A DNA stretch of 52,318 bases from a virus (IMGVR_UViG_3300020042_002456:1-52318), one strand, 5' to 3'; positions 18,101 to 28,246 are shown, counted from the stretch's first letter. Notes: generated from the sequence alone by a model not told the origin. Program-made: numbers and translations.

Positions 18101-21100
18101 CCTGCGTTGGGGTTCTTTTGTTTGCGTTTCTTCAGCCGTTTTACCTTGGCGCTCCAAGGCTTCCACTTGCTCTATCCGCTGCGCAACTGAGTCGCGTTTG
18201 AGCCGGAGTATTTCCGTTTGCCGAAAAGCAGCGCCCTGCCCTTTAAAAGCAAAGACGGGACTGGAGCGTGCGCCCCCCGGTGTTTTGTTACGTTCACTTG
18301 GTATCAACTGCGATACTTTTACTTTGCTGACTTCAGGGTACTTGCCCGGTGGTAAGCTGGCAAACGTAACTAACCCCGCTTCTTTGGCTTTTTGTTTTTC
18401 AAAGTAAGACAAAGACTTTGCCCGCGCCACTTTAATTTTGTCTTCCAACGCATTGACTCGGTTTTCCAGTGTGCCCAGTTCTAGCTTTAGTTTCTTTAAG
18501 GGCCACGCAAGAATTTGTTTTGCGTACTCTTTGTTGGACTTGGCAATGCCTTCAGTCTTTAGCTGCTCGTTGTAAAACTCGTTGGCTTCTTGCAGCGCAG
18601 ATTCCAAACGCGTAATTTGCATTTGCTGCGGCTTGCCGGGAAGACCTTCTTTTTGTTTGTCTTCCAGTTCTTGTTTTAATTCGTTAATTTCTTTTTCAAT
18701 CGCGTCAATGTTATCCATTGCCGCATTGGTAATTTGGTTTTGTACTTTGCCTGCATACGTTGTTGATGTTATTGGTGTTACAGAAATACCACCCGGTAAA
18801 GTTATTTTTTGCTTTGCCCCATATAGCCGGACGTTTTCTTCTTTTATACGTTGTGCCCGTGCTTGGTCACGCAACTTAACAAGTTCAGCATCAATGCTGG
18901 GACGGCGTTTTTTAAACGCCGCAGAAGCTTGTTCGTACGCTTTGGTAGAAGGGCTTTTGGCGGCTTCTTTACTTGCTGCGTCTGCTTCCTCTTTGGCAAC
19001 AATGGCGTTACGTAAGTCAACTTGCGCCTGCGCAATTTCTGTTCTTAGCACTGCGGGGTCTTTGCCGTTGTGTTCTAAATCCCACAAGGTCTTTTGTGCG
19101 TCCATGACCGCAGGTATCTTGTCGATGTTGTCTTGTGCTTTGGACACGCTCTTTAGCGTGCTGCTCAAGTCTGCCAGCATTGCCTGTGTGTTTTCTGCCG
19201 TGGTACGCAGCTTACTAAACTGCGATAGCTCTTGCCGTAGTTTTTTGTTTTGCCGTTGAAGCGTGTCTACCAAGACGCGGTTCTCTTTAATCTTTTTAAG
19301 CGCTGCCTCAAACATCATCATTGTTTGGGCGTCTTCTTGCCCAAAAACAAAAGCGGGCGCTTCATACCCAATCTCACCAAACCCAAGTTTGGACTCTATC
19401 TGGCGCTTGAGACTTGCAATTTCGTTTTTGTATTCTTGCGTTTTTTCTGGTGCGGGTGTGGCTCCTTCTTTTTTAAGTTCTTTCTGAAGTTCCCTCAGTT
19501 GTGCTGTTGCAGCTTCCAACTTTGTTTCTAGCGGGGCAATGCCCGACAACACTCTGTTTAACTTTTCAATCTGCTCTCTACGCAAAGCAACCGATTGTTT
19601 TGCGGCATTGCTTTGTTTGTCCAGTTCAGTTAAAGTTTTTGTGTATACCGCTACATCTTGCTCAAGGGCTTTAATTTCTTTTTCATTGTTTACCGATGTC
19701 ATAGCAAGTATGGTTCTAAACATCGGGTCGGTTTTAAATTTGCCGTACTGCTGGAGCAAGGCTACAACGTCATCGTTGTCTTTGAGGATGCTCTTGGCTG
19801 TGCCGCGCAAGTCAGATTCTGTAACCAATGCGTTGAGCTTGGCTTCCAGTTCATTGATTAAGCCAAAGTAGTACGTGACTTTTGGCGCTTGCTGTTTACG
19901 TACTTTGGTGCGTGCTTCAGCCTCGCGCATTTCTTTAACAATTTTGCTGTCAAGAAAACGGCGGAACATGCCGGGGGTAGCGCGGCCCAGTGCGGTTGCG
20001 GGTACTTCTTTCTCAGGAAAAAGGGACATCTGGTCAATGTCTTTTTCTGACTGCGCCAGTTCTTCTTTGACCCGCAGGTGCGTTTCCAATTCCCGTGGTA
20101 GAGACAGCGGCTTGGCTTTGGCCCTTTCTCCGCGCATTGTTCCGCGATTTTCAAGCTGTCTTGCTGCTCTTTGGACATTAGCTTGCTGTGCGGCTTTAGG
20201 GTTTGCTGCTATGGCTGCTTTAAGTGCTTGGTCAGCGTTCATTGTGGGGGCAGCTTCGGCACGACCCCGCACGCTAATAGCTGTAGGCCCAGTACTGGTC
20301 ATGAAACCTTGTTCAACTTCTTCTGGCTTAATTAAACTTGCCAGACGCGCCGCCTCTGCCCTAGATTTACCTTTTTGAAACACGCCGTTTTTATCAGTCC
20401 AAAGCTCAACAAGGTAGTCATACTTTTCTTTTTTAACTTTAGCAAGTGCTTTGGCTCTTTCGCTATCGCTAAGTTTGTAGGTTTTATCCGCAAAATCAGA
20501 TTCAACTTTTTCCGCAGCCGTTGGCATTGTTACGCTACCGGGAAGTCCCGTAACCGTAGAAGGCAAAGCTGCGCCCGACTCGCGCAAGGCTCGGGCCATA
20601 GCGCCCGTACCTTCTCCACCACGAGGCGTAATTTCAAGGCGTTTAGTTAGAGCCCCCTCGCCGTATACCCCTTCCTCACCGCGCTCAATCTTGCCAAGTT
20701 GCTCGTCGAGCATAGTAAAAAGAGAAGCCCCGCCAGCCGTTTCAGTTTCTTCATTGTTTGGCTCAAACGTGTATTTAGCAACTTGATCTAGCGGAACATC
20801 GCGTGTTTCCGTTCCTGTTGCAGAAGCTTTACTGGTTACTTTTGCACTAATATTTTTACCTTGTGCATCTTTAACAAACGCAACACCTACGGGACGACCT
20901 TGCGTATCCCGGTAATTTAACGGCACGCGCTCTGTAGTAATTGCTAAATCGTTTTCACCGATGTTGGCGTCTGCTCGGCGCAGGAATGCGTAAGCCTCAT
21001 CACTCAAGTCTTCACGCAATTGAAGTTGGTTAACCCGATCACGCAGCGCTGCTGCTGTCACTGGCTCTGCCGTACCTTCTTGGCGGGGGCGCAGTTTGAA

Positions 21101-23218
21101 TGGGGCTGCCCCGCCGCGTTGGGGCTGGGGTTGCTCTACGGGTTGTGTTTCTTCCGCAGTAGGTAATTCTTCGCCTTGCGTCAAAACTTTTTTAACTTGG
21201 TTTAATGCAGCGGACGAACCCGTGTCTGGGTAAGGCTGCTCAAATATATCAAACTGCTGCATTGACGAGACACCGCCTACTGGGCGCTCACCAATACGTT
21301 GGAGCCCTTTTGCCTCCATCCCCACTTTAATTGCCCGGTCTTGCTCTCTGCCCTGAGCCCGGTACTGTTCTTCAGCCTGCGCCTGCTGCGCGGCAATGTC
21401 GGCTTCCTGCTCCTCAACACCAAGGTTAAGATTGGCTGCGTACTGTGGACGAATGGCTAACTGCCTGTCACCTGTAACCGTTGACTGGAACGGCTGCATT
21501 TCAAACTGCTGCTGGGGGCTGGGGGCTGAGGGTGCTGTTTCTAGCTGTTTTTGCAGTTCTTTGATTTGAGCTGCATATCTAGCGCTTATATCTACATCGC
21601 CGTTTGTGTCAGCCTTGGCAATCTTCTTTGTTAAATCCGTAATTTTTGTACTGATTGCGTTTACGTCTACTTCTGGAGGAACAATTTTTTGAACCTCAGT
21701 CAGCATTTTTTTAATTGAGCTGTACTTTTCGCCAATTGCTATTTTGGCGTCTGTATCTGTAGCGGGGATTTTTGCGTTCTCGTCCCGCAGCCGATTAAGA
21801 TAATCCGAAAGCCCGCGTATTTGTAGTTGCAAATCACCTTGGTCTTCAGCCTGCGGCTCGGGCGCTGCACGCTCCACGGGCTTGCCCTGCATGTCCAGTT
21901 CAGGCGTCTTGGGGGTTGGCAGGTTGCCAAACATATCCCGCTGTTGAAGCTGGGTTGTGTCCTGCCCAAGCGGTGGGGCTGGCTCTTTTGGTAGGAACTG
22001 GCGGTACTGGCGGTATTCTTTGTTAGTATCTTTGAGCACCGTAGCGTGCTCGGCAAGCGCCTGCTGCGTCTCGCGGTTGTCCTGCTTCTGATCTTCAGTG
22101 AGCTTGTTGCCCTTGCTGGCCTTGTGAATCTGGCCTTCCAGTTCTTTTTGTCTTTGCTCGGCAGCAACGTAGTCGGCCTGTGCTTTTTGGGCGTACTCCG
22201 GCGTTTGTTTTGTGGCTAGGGTGGTTGCATCCAGCTTGTCCTGCTCGACTCGGGCTGCGTCAGCTTGCGCTTTCTGTTCTTCGCGTTGCTGCGTGTCAAA
22301 CCGGCTTTGCTCACCACCGCGCTCCACGTACCGGCCAGCCGGAGCAATGACACCACCAAGCACCGCACCGCCAACAAAACTGTCAAAGTACTCTTTACGG
22401 GCTGCTTCATTAGTGATGCTTAACCCCGCCTGCATACGCTCAAACACCTGCTGGCCTGCCTCAGTCAGACCCTCTCTTCCCATTGTCTTACCGGTAGCTA
22501 AAAAGTAATCCGCAGCGGTTTTCTTCAAGGCTTCTTTGGTGTAGTTAGCTACCACTTGCTCGGATGCATTAATACCCGCGCTTTGCAAAATCTTGCCTAC
22601 GCCGGGGAACATACGTAAGCTAAGGATGTCTAGCGCAGCCATAGGAATGGCAGCTAGGGCGGCATTGGTGAGGTCGGTGTCTTTTAACGCTGTCTTAGGC
22701 CTGCCTTCTTCGGGTTGCATTTGCCGAATTAAGTTTGAGCCTGCAAACTGCCCCGCAGATGCAAGCCCCGCAGCGCCAACCCCTGCGGCTGTTGCCGCCA
22801 AACCGGTTAGAGGAAGCGCAGCAGCAGCGCCCCCCGCGATCAAAGGAGCCACTATATAGGGTATGGAGCCGCCCGCCAACTCACTAATCTTAGCCAGTGG
22901 GTCTTCTGTCCAACCTGCTTGGGTTGGAACAACTGTTTTCTTTTTGTAGGCTTCTTGCTCGGCTATGTACTTCTCAGCAGCGGGCAAGTCCATGATACCG
23001 GTACGCCCTGCAAGGGCAGCGCCTGCGCCTTTAATATCTGCGACTGCGCCTTTGAGCGACGGCATGAACCCAGACTTTGGGCTTTCTTCTGGGGCTTTCT
23101 GCGTTAACCCAAAAGCTTGAGGATATAGTTTTTCTGCTGCGCTTAACGCCGATGCGGGGTCTTCGCCCTCTTTTAGCGGAAACAAATTACCATCAGGAAG
23201 TCTCACGTATTGGGGCAT
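15083..23218 (-). CDS. Giant polyvalent (probably ejected) virion protein, N-terminal 2711 aa, with zincin-like and ART-like domains
   Basis: Hydrophobic Gly/Ala N-terminal segments, long coiled coils, LLHEVGVH (17384-17401), WHGS…FD…GAGEG…GAGPYTT (~16890-17010). Confidence 0.8.
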   Translation of the reverse strand: MPQYVRLPDGNLFPLKEGEDPASALSAAEKLYPQAFGLTQKAPEESPKSGFMPSLKGAVADIKGAGAALAGRTGIMDLPAAEKYIAEQEAYKKKTVVPTQAGWTEDPLAKISELAGGSIPYIVAPLIAGGAAAALPLTGLAATAAGVGAAGLASAGQFAGSNLIRQMQPEEGRPKTALKDTDLTNAALAAIPMAALDILSLRMFPGVGKILQSAGINASEQVVANYTKEALKKTAADYFLATGKTMGREGLTEAGQQVFERMQAGLSITNEAARKEYFDSFVGGAVLGGVIAPAGRYVERGGEQSRFDTQQREEQKAQADAARVEQDKLDATTLATKQTPEYAQKAQADYVAAEQRQKELEGQIHKASKGNKLTEDQKQDNRETQQALAEHATVLKDTNKEYRQYRQFLPKEPAPPLGQDTTQLQQRDMFGNLPTPKTPELDMQGKPVERAAPEPQAEDQGDLQLQIRGLSDYLNRLRDENAKIPATDTDAKIAIGEKYSSIKKMLTEVQKIVPPEVDVNAISTKITDLTKKIAKADTNGDVDISARYAAQIKELQKQLETAPSAPSPQQQFEMQPFQSTVTGDRQLAIRPQYAANLNLGVEEQEADIAAQQAQAEEQYRAQGREQDRAIKVGMEAKGLQRIGERPVGGVSSMQQFDIFEQPYPDTGSSAALNQVKKVLTQGEELPTAEETQPVEQPQPQRGGAAPFKLRPRQEGTAEPVTAAALRDRVNQLQLREDLSDEAYAFLRRADANIGENDLAITTERVPLNYRDTQGRPVGVAFVKDAQGKNISAKVTSKASATGTETRDVPLDQVAKYTFEPNNEETETAGGASLFTMLDEQLGKIERGEEGVYGEGALTKRLEITPRGGEGTGAMARALRESGAALPSTVTGLPGSVTMPTAAEKVESDFADKTYKLSDSERAKALAKVKKEKYDYLVELWTDKNGVFQKGKSRAEAARLASLIKPEEVEQGFMTSTGPTAISVRGRAEAAPTMNADQALKAAIAANPKAAQQANVQRAARQLENRGTMRGERAKAKPLSLPRELETHLRVKEELAQSEKDIDQMSLFPEKEVPATALGRATPGMFRRFLDSKIVKEMREAEARTKVRKQQAPKVTYYFGLINELEAKLNALVTESDLRGTAKSILKDNDDVVALLQQYGKFKTDPMFRTILAMTSVNNEKEIKALEQDVAVYTKTLTELDKQSNAAKQSVALRREQIEKLNRVLSGIAPLETKLEAATAQLRELQKELKKEGATPAPEKTQEYKNEIASLKRQIESKLGFGEIGYEAPAFVFGQEDAQTMMMFEAALKKIKENRVLVDTLQRQNKKLRQELSQFSKLRTTAENTQAMLADLSSTLKSVSKAQDNIDKIPAVMDAQKTLWDLEHNGKDPAVLRTEIAQAQVDLRNAIVAKEEADAASKEAAKSPSTKAYEQASAAFKKRRPSIDAELVKLRDQARAQRIKEENVRLYGAKQKITLPGGISVTPITSTTYAGKVQNQITNAAMDNIDAIEKEINELKQELEDKQKEGLPGKPQQMQITRLESALQEANEFYNEQLKTEGIAKSNKEYAKQILAWPLKKLKLELGTLENRVNALEDKIKVARAKSLSYFEKQKAKEAGLVTFASLPPGKYPEVSKVKVSQLIPSERNKTPGGARSSPVFAFKGQGAAFRQTEILRLKRDSVAQRIEQVEALERQGKTAEETQTKEPQRRASERANVAPSNVTRTGPVTRGVTSNVAKLTESKRSGRPISDRQQQLERLQANIDAAQIKANEAATNLKKATEVYEASKGQPAQVREDAKAAYEAADNRLETSRGNLDAAKALLEAEDITKAQREKLGPVSESTQEFVAATGARPMLSRGTPVKGQTVESLKEELRKVMGGDVTSRGNVEIYDNVEEYIGQQDADLQDELRKQIPSDAKGFAQANKAVLFAENIGKNEGLGVLLHEVGVHIGFRNFFNEGQYKALVNQIRQWAKRTDGSIEAKIGAAAMRRVEAANTQKSHIDDELLAYAVEEAVKMGVNPQGVKGGSALRNWLNMVIAAFKKALNAFGINPTNLQAGDLVNFAYGCAQLELKGTWHGSDATFTKFDVRKAGAGEGVFDRRFDADNSLGAGPYTTPDKEYGEYYQHAIPFGKAANETGYGNKTYEDYRSMDEKFMTADNSKLSVAELQSKYESVLLSRYLSSVSSGGALNPVENKTAQQYISASRDRLTKSVSDWEKALASREKRKARESSLEEARDELTTLRRELKAINTLDATKINGLTKRPAAGNLYRALDDIPSEKIFSINSTARAGERPQIDVLLKKYGDKYNLIKFEDTGTYYLNSLYYGMREKLGVEKANALLKDAGIEALEQKNDRKYIERAYIDNAPEILAVNLKPVGTTNEIMLSRKADYKSDDALTKLAKKAVAQDKTYKEQAGSHIGLQIEMAAADMRAGVIKALNNAIKDPKTMGSTKLFRQAIFSITAADQAMSTTQMSLSVGPPKMVKDAKGYYSVNSSMENDAGQVFDAVQDIPDSYGDAQAKMGLASVYMIAQRALNKGLKKLDIGALGIETEQELIDAMAAANADPKLKAALENVRKKYNAYNRGMIEWLSSPQVAAISQADAKAYLKDEDYVPYYRVRADGTAELVFGGEKTLTIGDIRHQPYLAELKGGEAKIMPLDKSIMRNTMLLVTKGMNNMAMKNVGYAMQAAGDGLGPIGKNGKPTNLMPINLAKAQTKPT

Positions 23219-23274
23219 ATATCACTCAACAGAAAGTGCGGCAGCGACCCGCGTTACGCTAAAAACATTATGCC

Positions 23275-25035
23275 TTATTGGGGCCGTGCCAGAACTCCGG
23301 TTGTAATAGGCTCTTTGGTTGTAACCACAGACGCGCCCTGCGGAGCCATTGCCGCCATAACCCCTCGAACTTGTTTTGCAAAATCTGTAGGAGAAAGGGC
23401 GTCAACACCAGTTTTACGTGCATCTGCAACGTGTTCAATATACATCTTGGCGTACACCTGACCAGTCTTGTCTGCGGTAATTTCTTGCATTTTTCTAAGA
23501 CCTGTTTCGTAATTGCCGCCGCCTAACAGGTTTGTAATTGCTCGAACTTCTGGCGGCATCGCATTTGCTTGATACAGCGCTCGGGCATTTGCTCCAGCTT
23601 GTTCTATGGCCGTACGATTGTTTGCCTGCGTTTGCTCGTAGACAGCTTTACGGTTAGACGCCATCGTGGTAAACCCAATTTCGGCTTCTTTGCGCCCAAG
23701 TTCTCCGTCTTTAATAAGCGCATTGAGGCCCAACTCTCTGGCTTTAACTTTGGTCTGCGCAATATCTTTAGTTGCTTGCCGTATTTCTTTATCGTTGAGC
23801 ATGCCTTCTGAGCGGCGCAATTCTTCGATTTTGGCAAAAGACTCGTCCAACTTGTCCCGCGCTTCGGCTAGTTTTTCCAAGCCAGCTTTGTAGGATTTGA
23901 CCCCAGACTGCGCACCCGCACCAATATTGGTCAACGCGTGTGGGGATGTGCCTGCCATCATTGCCAAGCCCGCCTCCATGATAGACATACCCGACAAATC
24001 AGACTCTTGTTTGGACAGGCGTTCTTCCCGTCCTTTTAGGCGTGTCTCATAGCCTGCCATTGCGGGGCCACGTTTCTCAATGTCCGCTAGTAATTGTTTT
24101 TTGTTTTGTTCAAGCATTGCCGCTTCGGCATCAGTCATTTCGCCAATCTCTTTACTGAAGCGGTTTACGGGTGTATATGCATCTCGAATTTTTGCGTACT
24201 CCGCAGCTATTTTGGTCGGGTCTGTTTCAGGAGCCCCAGCTTGGCTAATGCGCGTGTCAGTTTTCAAAAGGCTTTGCAAGCCTGAGTCTGCTTTTGCCGT
24301 ATCGGCTCCAGCCCTTGCCTTGCCTGTTGCAATCAATTCTTTTTCCGATGGGCCACCGCTCTTACCACGCCCTTGGTCTGCGCCTGTGGACGCCAGTGCT
24401 GCGGGTTTTACGGCGGGTGCGGGTTTTACTACGGGTGTTTGGGGGGTGTCCCGAGAAGCCCCTAAATATGCTTGACCCGCTTCAATAGCTTTGGCTTCAG
24501 TGCTTGCTATTTTTTCAGGTGTCGTTTGTTCAAACAAGCCGGGGCGATCCCGCTCAGCCTTCATCATGGCTTCGTTTTTTCGCTTTGACTCTTCAAACAA
24601 CTTCCTTCTAGCAATAGCTTCTGGGCTATCTTTAAAGAATTCTGAAAACCTAGACGTTGTACCGCCTTCATCAAAACCCACAATCCCGCCGTCAGCCATA
24701 CCCTGCATATTGGGTGCAGGTAGCTGCGCGATGCCTTGGTCTTCAGGTAGTTGCATCTGCGCTTGGGGCATGGCCTGCTGAGGCGGCATTGCCTGTGGCG
24801 GTGGTGCTGGGGGCGGGTTGATGGACGCAATTGCCTGATCGACCACTTTGGGGGCGGGCATCTGCCCAGCCTGTCCCTGCTGCGCGGCGCGAAGTTTTTG
24901 GCGGCGGTTGTTCTCGCTCATAGCCAAGGACATGATGTACGGATCGTCCTTGTTCATCATTGCATATTTCTGCAATGCTGCGTCCGGCATCAGCGCTAGG
25001 CTGTCCGTTACGTCTTGTATTTGACCGATGTCCAT
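23275..25035 (-). CDS. Putative internal virion/ejection protein
   Basis: Position before the giant protein; Q/P/A-rich; MADGG and FDEGG motifs; 'EAGLAMMAG…NIG.GA' segment. Confidence 0.65.
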   Translation of the reverse strand: MDIGQIQDVTDSLALMPDAALQKYAMMNKDDPYIMSLAMSENNRRQKLRAAQQGQAGQMPAPKVVDQAIASINPPPAPPPQAMPPQQAMPQAQMQLPEDQGIAQLPAPNMQGMADGGIVGFDEGGTTSRFSEFFKDSPEAIARRKLFEESKRKNEAMMKAERDRPGLFEQTTPEKIASTEAKAIEAGQAYLGASRDTPQTPVVKPAPAVKPAALASTGADQGRGKSGGPSEKELIATGKARAGADTAKADSGLQSLLKTDTRISQAGAPETDPTKIAAEYAKIRDAYTPVNRFSKEIGEMTDAEAAMLEQNKKQLLADIEKRGPAMAGYETRLKGREERLSKQESDLSGMSIMEAGLAMMAGTSPHALTNIGAGAQSGVKSYKAGLEKLAEARDKLDESFAKIEELRRSEGMLNDKEIRQATKDIAQTKVKARELGLNALIKDGELGRKEAEIGFTTMASNRKAVYEQTQANNRTAIEQAGANARALYQANAMPPEVRAITNLLGGGNYETGLRKMQEITADKTGQVYAKMYIEHVADARKTGVDALSPTDFAKQVRGVMAAMAPQGASVVTTKEPITTGVLARPQ

Positions 25036-25038
25036 GTT

Positions 25039-25986
25039 TTACCCCCGGCTCATTTGATACATTGCCAAGTCACTCAGGCCCGCGCCGGGTTGCTCATAGA
25101 TAGCTCCCCCCGCTGCGTATGTTTTTTTGCCCATTTGCGATGCCCCGTACAGCGCAGTGCCTGCGCCTGCCAACTGACTTAGTAGCGAGGGGGCGGGCTG
25201 CGTAACGGTGCTGCCAAGATTACCAACGGGTTGTCGGTTAACTACGTCAGACATAAACCCAAGCTGTTTGTACGGGTAGTTTTGCTCCGCAGCATAGTTT
25301 TGCTGGGAAACGTCCAACATGTTCTGGCCTTGCTGTTGTTGTTGTGTGCCAAACAGGTTTTGCATGTTTAAATTGCCTGTTGTCTGCCCATACAGATTCT
25401 GGCCTTGTGAACCCAGCGTTGCGTAGCTCTGCCCCATACGGTTTCGGTCAGCGTTGTACTGTTGTTGTGCTTGCTGAAAGGCTGCTTGGCTACCCATAGA
25501 CTGGATGTCACCCATCTGCTGCCCAAGATTGCGCTCCCGTTCAGCCCGCATGATGGCATCCCTACCCCCGCCAAATGCTCCGGCTTGCGCAGCTTGGGCT
25601 TGTTGCTGTGTGCCTTGAATACCGGATTGGCGCTGTGCTTCACGCTTTTGAATGTCCACCACGCTTTGCATGTAGGGCGACATGTACTGGTCAGCTTGCG
25701 CCTGATCAAAACGCGACCCCGCCAAGCTTTGCAACCCCTGTGCTGCTGCTACTGAGTACGGGTCTTGCCCAATATCTCCAACGCCTGTAAACGCCTTGTT
25801 CTGCAACCCTGTAAATTGGGCAACTTGGTCGCCTGTTAAACCCCGCGCCCTTGCGTAGTCTGCATAGCTTTGGTAATTTCTACCGGCAAGTTCCGCCGCA
25901 CGACCCATCGCGCTTTCGGAATAGTTTTGTATTACATCCGTCGGATACCCTTGGATATTTGTCGTTGTTAGCGTGTCATTAGCCAT
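25039..25986 (-). CDS. Putative internal virion/ejection (pilot-like) protein
   Basis: Q/A/G-rich; 'YMSPY…GAFGG.R'; hydrophobic C-terminal segment. Confidence 0.65.
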   Translation of the reverse strand: MANDTLTTTNIQGYPTDVIQNYSESAMGRAAELAGRNYQSYADYARARGLTGDQVAQFTGLQNKAFTGVGDIGQDPYSVAAAQGLQSLAGSRFDQAQADQYMSPYMQSVVDIQKREAQRQSGIQGTQQQAQAAQAGAFGGGRDAIMRAERERNLGQQMGDIQSMGSQAAFQQAQQQYNADRNRMGQSYATLGSQGQNLYGQTTGNLNMQNLFGTQQQQQGQNMLDVSQQNYAAEQNYPYKQLGFMSDVVNRQPVGNLGSTVTQPAPSLLSQLAGAGTALYGASQMGKKTYAAGGAIYEQPGAGLSDLAMYQMSRG

Positions 25987-25996
25987 GATCTATTCC

Positions 25997-28246
25997 TTAG
26001 ACGGGAAGATATTTATCTGCGCGGCTGTTTGCCGCTACTTTGTTTTTGCCCACGGTTTTGGAGCGGGCCTTCTGTACCCTGTCCATCATGGCGTAGAGCT
26101 TACGCGCACCAGCTTCTGTGGAGCCATTACCTAGTTCTGAAACAATCCGTGCGGGAACCACAAATTCACCGTCTGCGAGTCGGGCAGGTTGGTTGCGTCC
26201 AATAGTAGCGGGGATGTCATCAGATACCCCATCACCGGGGCCACGCAGCAGCCTGCCGCCATCAGAGTAGGAGCCGAGGTTATACATGCCGCCCTGCGCC
26301 AGTGCAGTGATGCCGCCGCCGTAGGCGTAACGGGAATCAAGTAAGCCACCATCGTTAGCGTGTTGTCCTTGGCTTCCAAACCCAGCACTAAAGGATCCAG
26401 TATTTGTACTAGCATTACTACTTCCGCCACCAGCATCGCCACCACCGCGCCCTCCACCGCTAGTTCCAGATATTTCATTAGCAAGAGCACGTTCTACTGC
26501 GGCTTGCTTTTCACCTTGCAGTGCGGCTCTGTCTGCGGCATCTTGTTGGGCTTGTGCAGCTACAGCATTTACTGCTGCATCTTGTTTTTTTTCTGTATAA
26601 CCGCTTTCTCGATCCATTTTTTCTTGTCGAGCAGCAAGTATTTTCCCAAACGCTAAGTTTTCGGCATCTCTTTTAGCATTTATTTCTGGAAGCGTTTGTC
26701 CTACTGGCGATGATGCTGCTGGTGGTGCTCGTCCATCTTGACCGGTTAACGTTTGGCCCTGCGCTCTAGCAGGATCAATACTCATTGGGTTGGCAGGTAT
26801 TCCTGCGCCGGTTTCAGATGTAACTCCATAACCCCCTTCAGATACAGGTGTTCCATAGCCCGCGCCTGCAAAAGTTTTAAAATTACTTGGGGGTGCGCCA
26901 AACATGGTTCCTTCGGCATACCCTTGTATTGCTCTTGCTTTAGCCGCCGCTGCATTAATTCCTGCTTGTCTTAATTCCCCGGTCAACATATCTTGCGATT
27001 TTAATTTTGCCAGAGATGAAAGCGGTAAAATTGGAATGTTTCCGTATGCGTCTAAAAATCTAAACCCAAGGCTTCCTTCCTCTGGAGAGGCTAATGGGCT
27101 TACGGGGACATATTTAGGCTCTGACCTCTCCTCACCACCACGAGTGCCGCCCGGCCCTGCAAACTCTGGTGTAAGCGCAGAAATACCTGCTGTGCTTAAA
27201 GCTGCTTTTGCATCTGCGGCTGCTTTTGCGTCTGCGGCTGCTTTTGCATCTGCTGCTATTTCTTCCATTGTGCGGGTTTTAGAATAGAACAAAAATGGAT
27301 TAACAGCTCCGGGTTTGCCAAGCAAATAGTCCTGCGCTCTTTGGGAGTCGCTGATTGTTGTTTGTGTGGCAGGAGTAATTGGTTTACCGCTTGCGTCAAC
27401 TGCTTCTATAACATCACCAAACTTAACTGGCTCTAACTTTTTCTTTTCCACTGTCCCACCCGCGTCATAGTGCTGCATAAGGCCGCCACCAGCATTACCA
27501 AAACGAACTGGCGGTGCATTTTTTACTTCGTCTCCAGAGTAGGTTTCATACGCATACGACTGTCCTGTTGCTGGGTCTTTCCTGTACATGTACAGATTCC
27601 CTGACTGTCGTTTAGGCGCAGGCGTTTCTTCTTCTGTTTTACCAAAAGAATCCATAAATACCGGTGCGGAAGCAAGCCCAATGTTTACTGCATTGTTTTT
27701 AAGCGCATCAAAAGGAGCGCTCATAGCGGTATTAGCGCCTGCCTGTAAACGAGCGGCTGTGGCAGCGGGGCTTGCTTGTGCTGCTGCGCTCATACCCGCA
27801 TCTCTTGCTCCTGATGCAGCATCCATAGCCACGCTGGGGGAACCTGCTCCAACCAAAGAAGCACCCAATCCTGCACCACCATAACCGCCCAGTCCAGCCA
27901 TCAAACCCTTTTCCAAACTGCCGGAAGCCAGTCCCGTAACGCCGCCAACAATAAGGCCTGTGCCAACCGCAGATGCCATACCGCCTGTAAGCCCTAAAGC
28001 TGAACCCACCGCGCCGCCAATACCGGGGGCAAATGCGTTCAAAGCAAAGCCCGCAATGGCGGGTAGCAGATTTTCCAAAATACCCGCTTCAGGTAGTCCG
28101 GTCTGGGGGTTAATAGTAAGAGAGCCACCATGCCGCATAGCAAGTGCTTGTAGTCCCTGCACCTCACGGGGAGACATATGGACAAGGGTTGAGTCGGGGC
28201 CGCGTCCATGCGCGGACATGTGATTGGCAAGGGTGTGAAGGCTCAT
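25997..28246 (-). CDS. Putative internal virion/ejection protein with Gly-zipper TM region and C-terminal 'GPGDG.SD.IPA…L.DGEFV' domain
   Basis: Motifs read from translation. Confidence 0.7.
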   Translation of the reverse strand: MSLHTLANHMSAHGRGPDSTLVHMSPREVQGLQALAMRHGGSLTINPQTGLPEAGILENLLPAIAGFALNAFAPGIGGAVGSALGLTGGMASAVGTGLIVGGVTGLASGSLEKGLMAGLGGYGGAGLGASLVGAGSPSVAMDAASGARDAGMSAAAQASPAATAARLQAGANTAMSAPFDALKNNAVNIGLASAPVFMDSFGKTEEETPAPKRQSGNLYMYRKDPATGQSYAYETYSGDEVKNAPPVRFGNAGGGLMQHYDAGGTVEKKKLEPVKFGDVIEAVDASGKPITPATQTTISDSQRAQDYLLGKPGAVNPFLFYSKTRTMEEIAADAKAAADAKAAADAKAALSTAGISALTPEFAGPGGTRGGEERSEPKYVPVSPLASPEEGSLGFRFLDAYGNIPILPLSSLAKLKSQDMLTGELRQAGINAAAAKARAIQGYAEGTMFGAPPSNFKTFAGAGYGTPVSEGGYGVTSETGAGIPANPMSIDPARAQGQTLTGQDGRAPPAASSPVGQTLPEINAKRDAENLAFGKILAARQEKMDRESGYTEKKQDAAVNAVAAQAQQDAADRAALQGEKQAAVERALANEISGTSGGGRGGGDAGGGSSNASTNTGSFSAGFGSQGQHANDGGLLDSRYAYGGGITALAQGGMYNLGSYSDGGRLLRGPGDGVSDDIPATIGRNQPARLADGEFVVPARIVSELGNGSTEAGARKLYAMMDRVQKARSKTVGKNKVAANSRADKYLPV
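27201..27254. repeat. 18-bp tandem repeat x3 (encodes ADAKAA x3)
   Basis: GCTGCTTTTGC(A/G)TCTGC(G/T) x3. Confidence 0.9.

Noticed and set aside
23219-23300. Possible promoter (CATAAT) and small hairpin upstream of the giant gene
   Set aside because: No credible -35 at proper spacing; stem only about 4 bp
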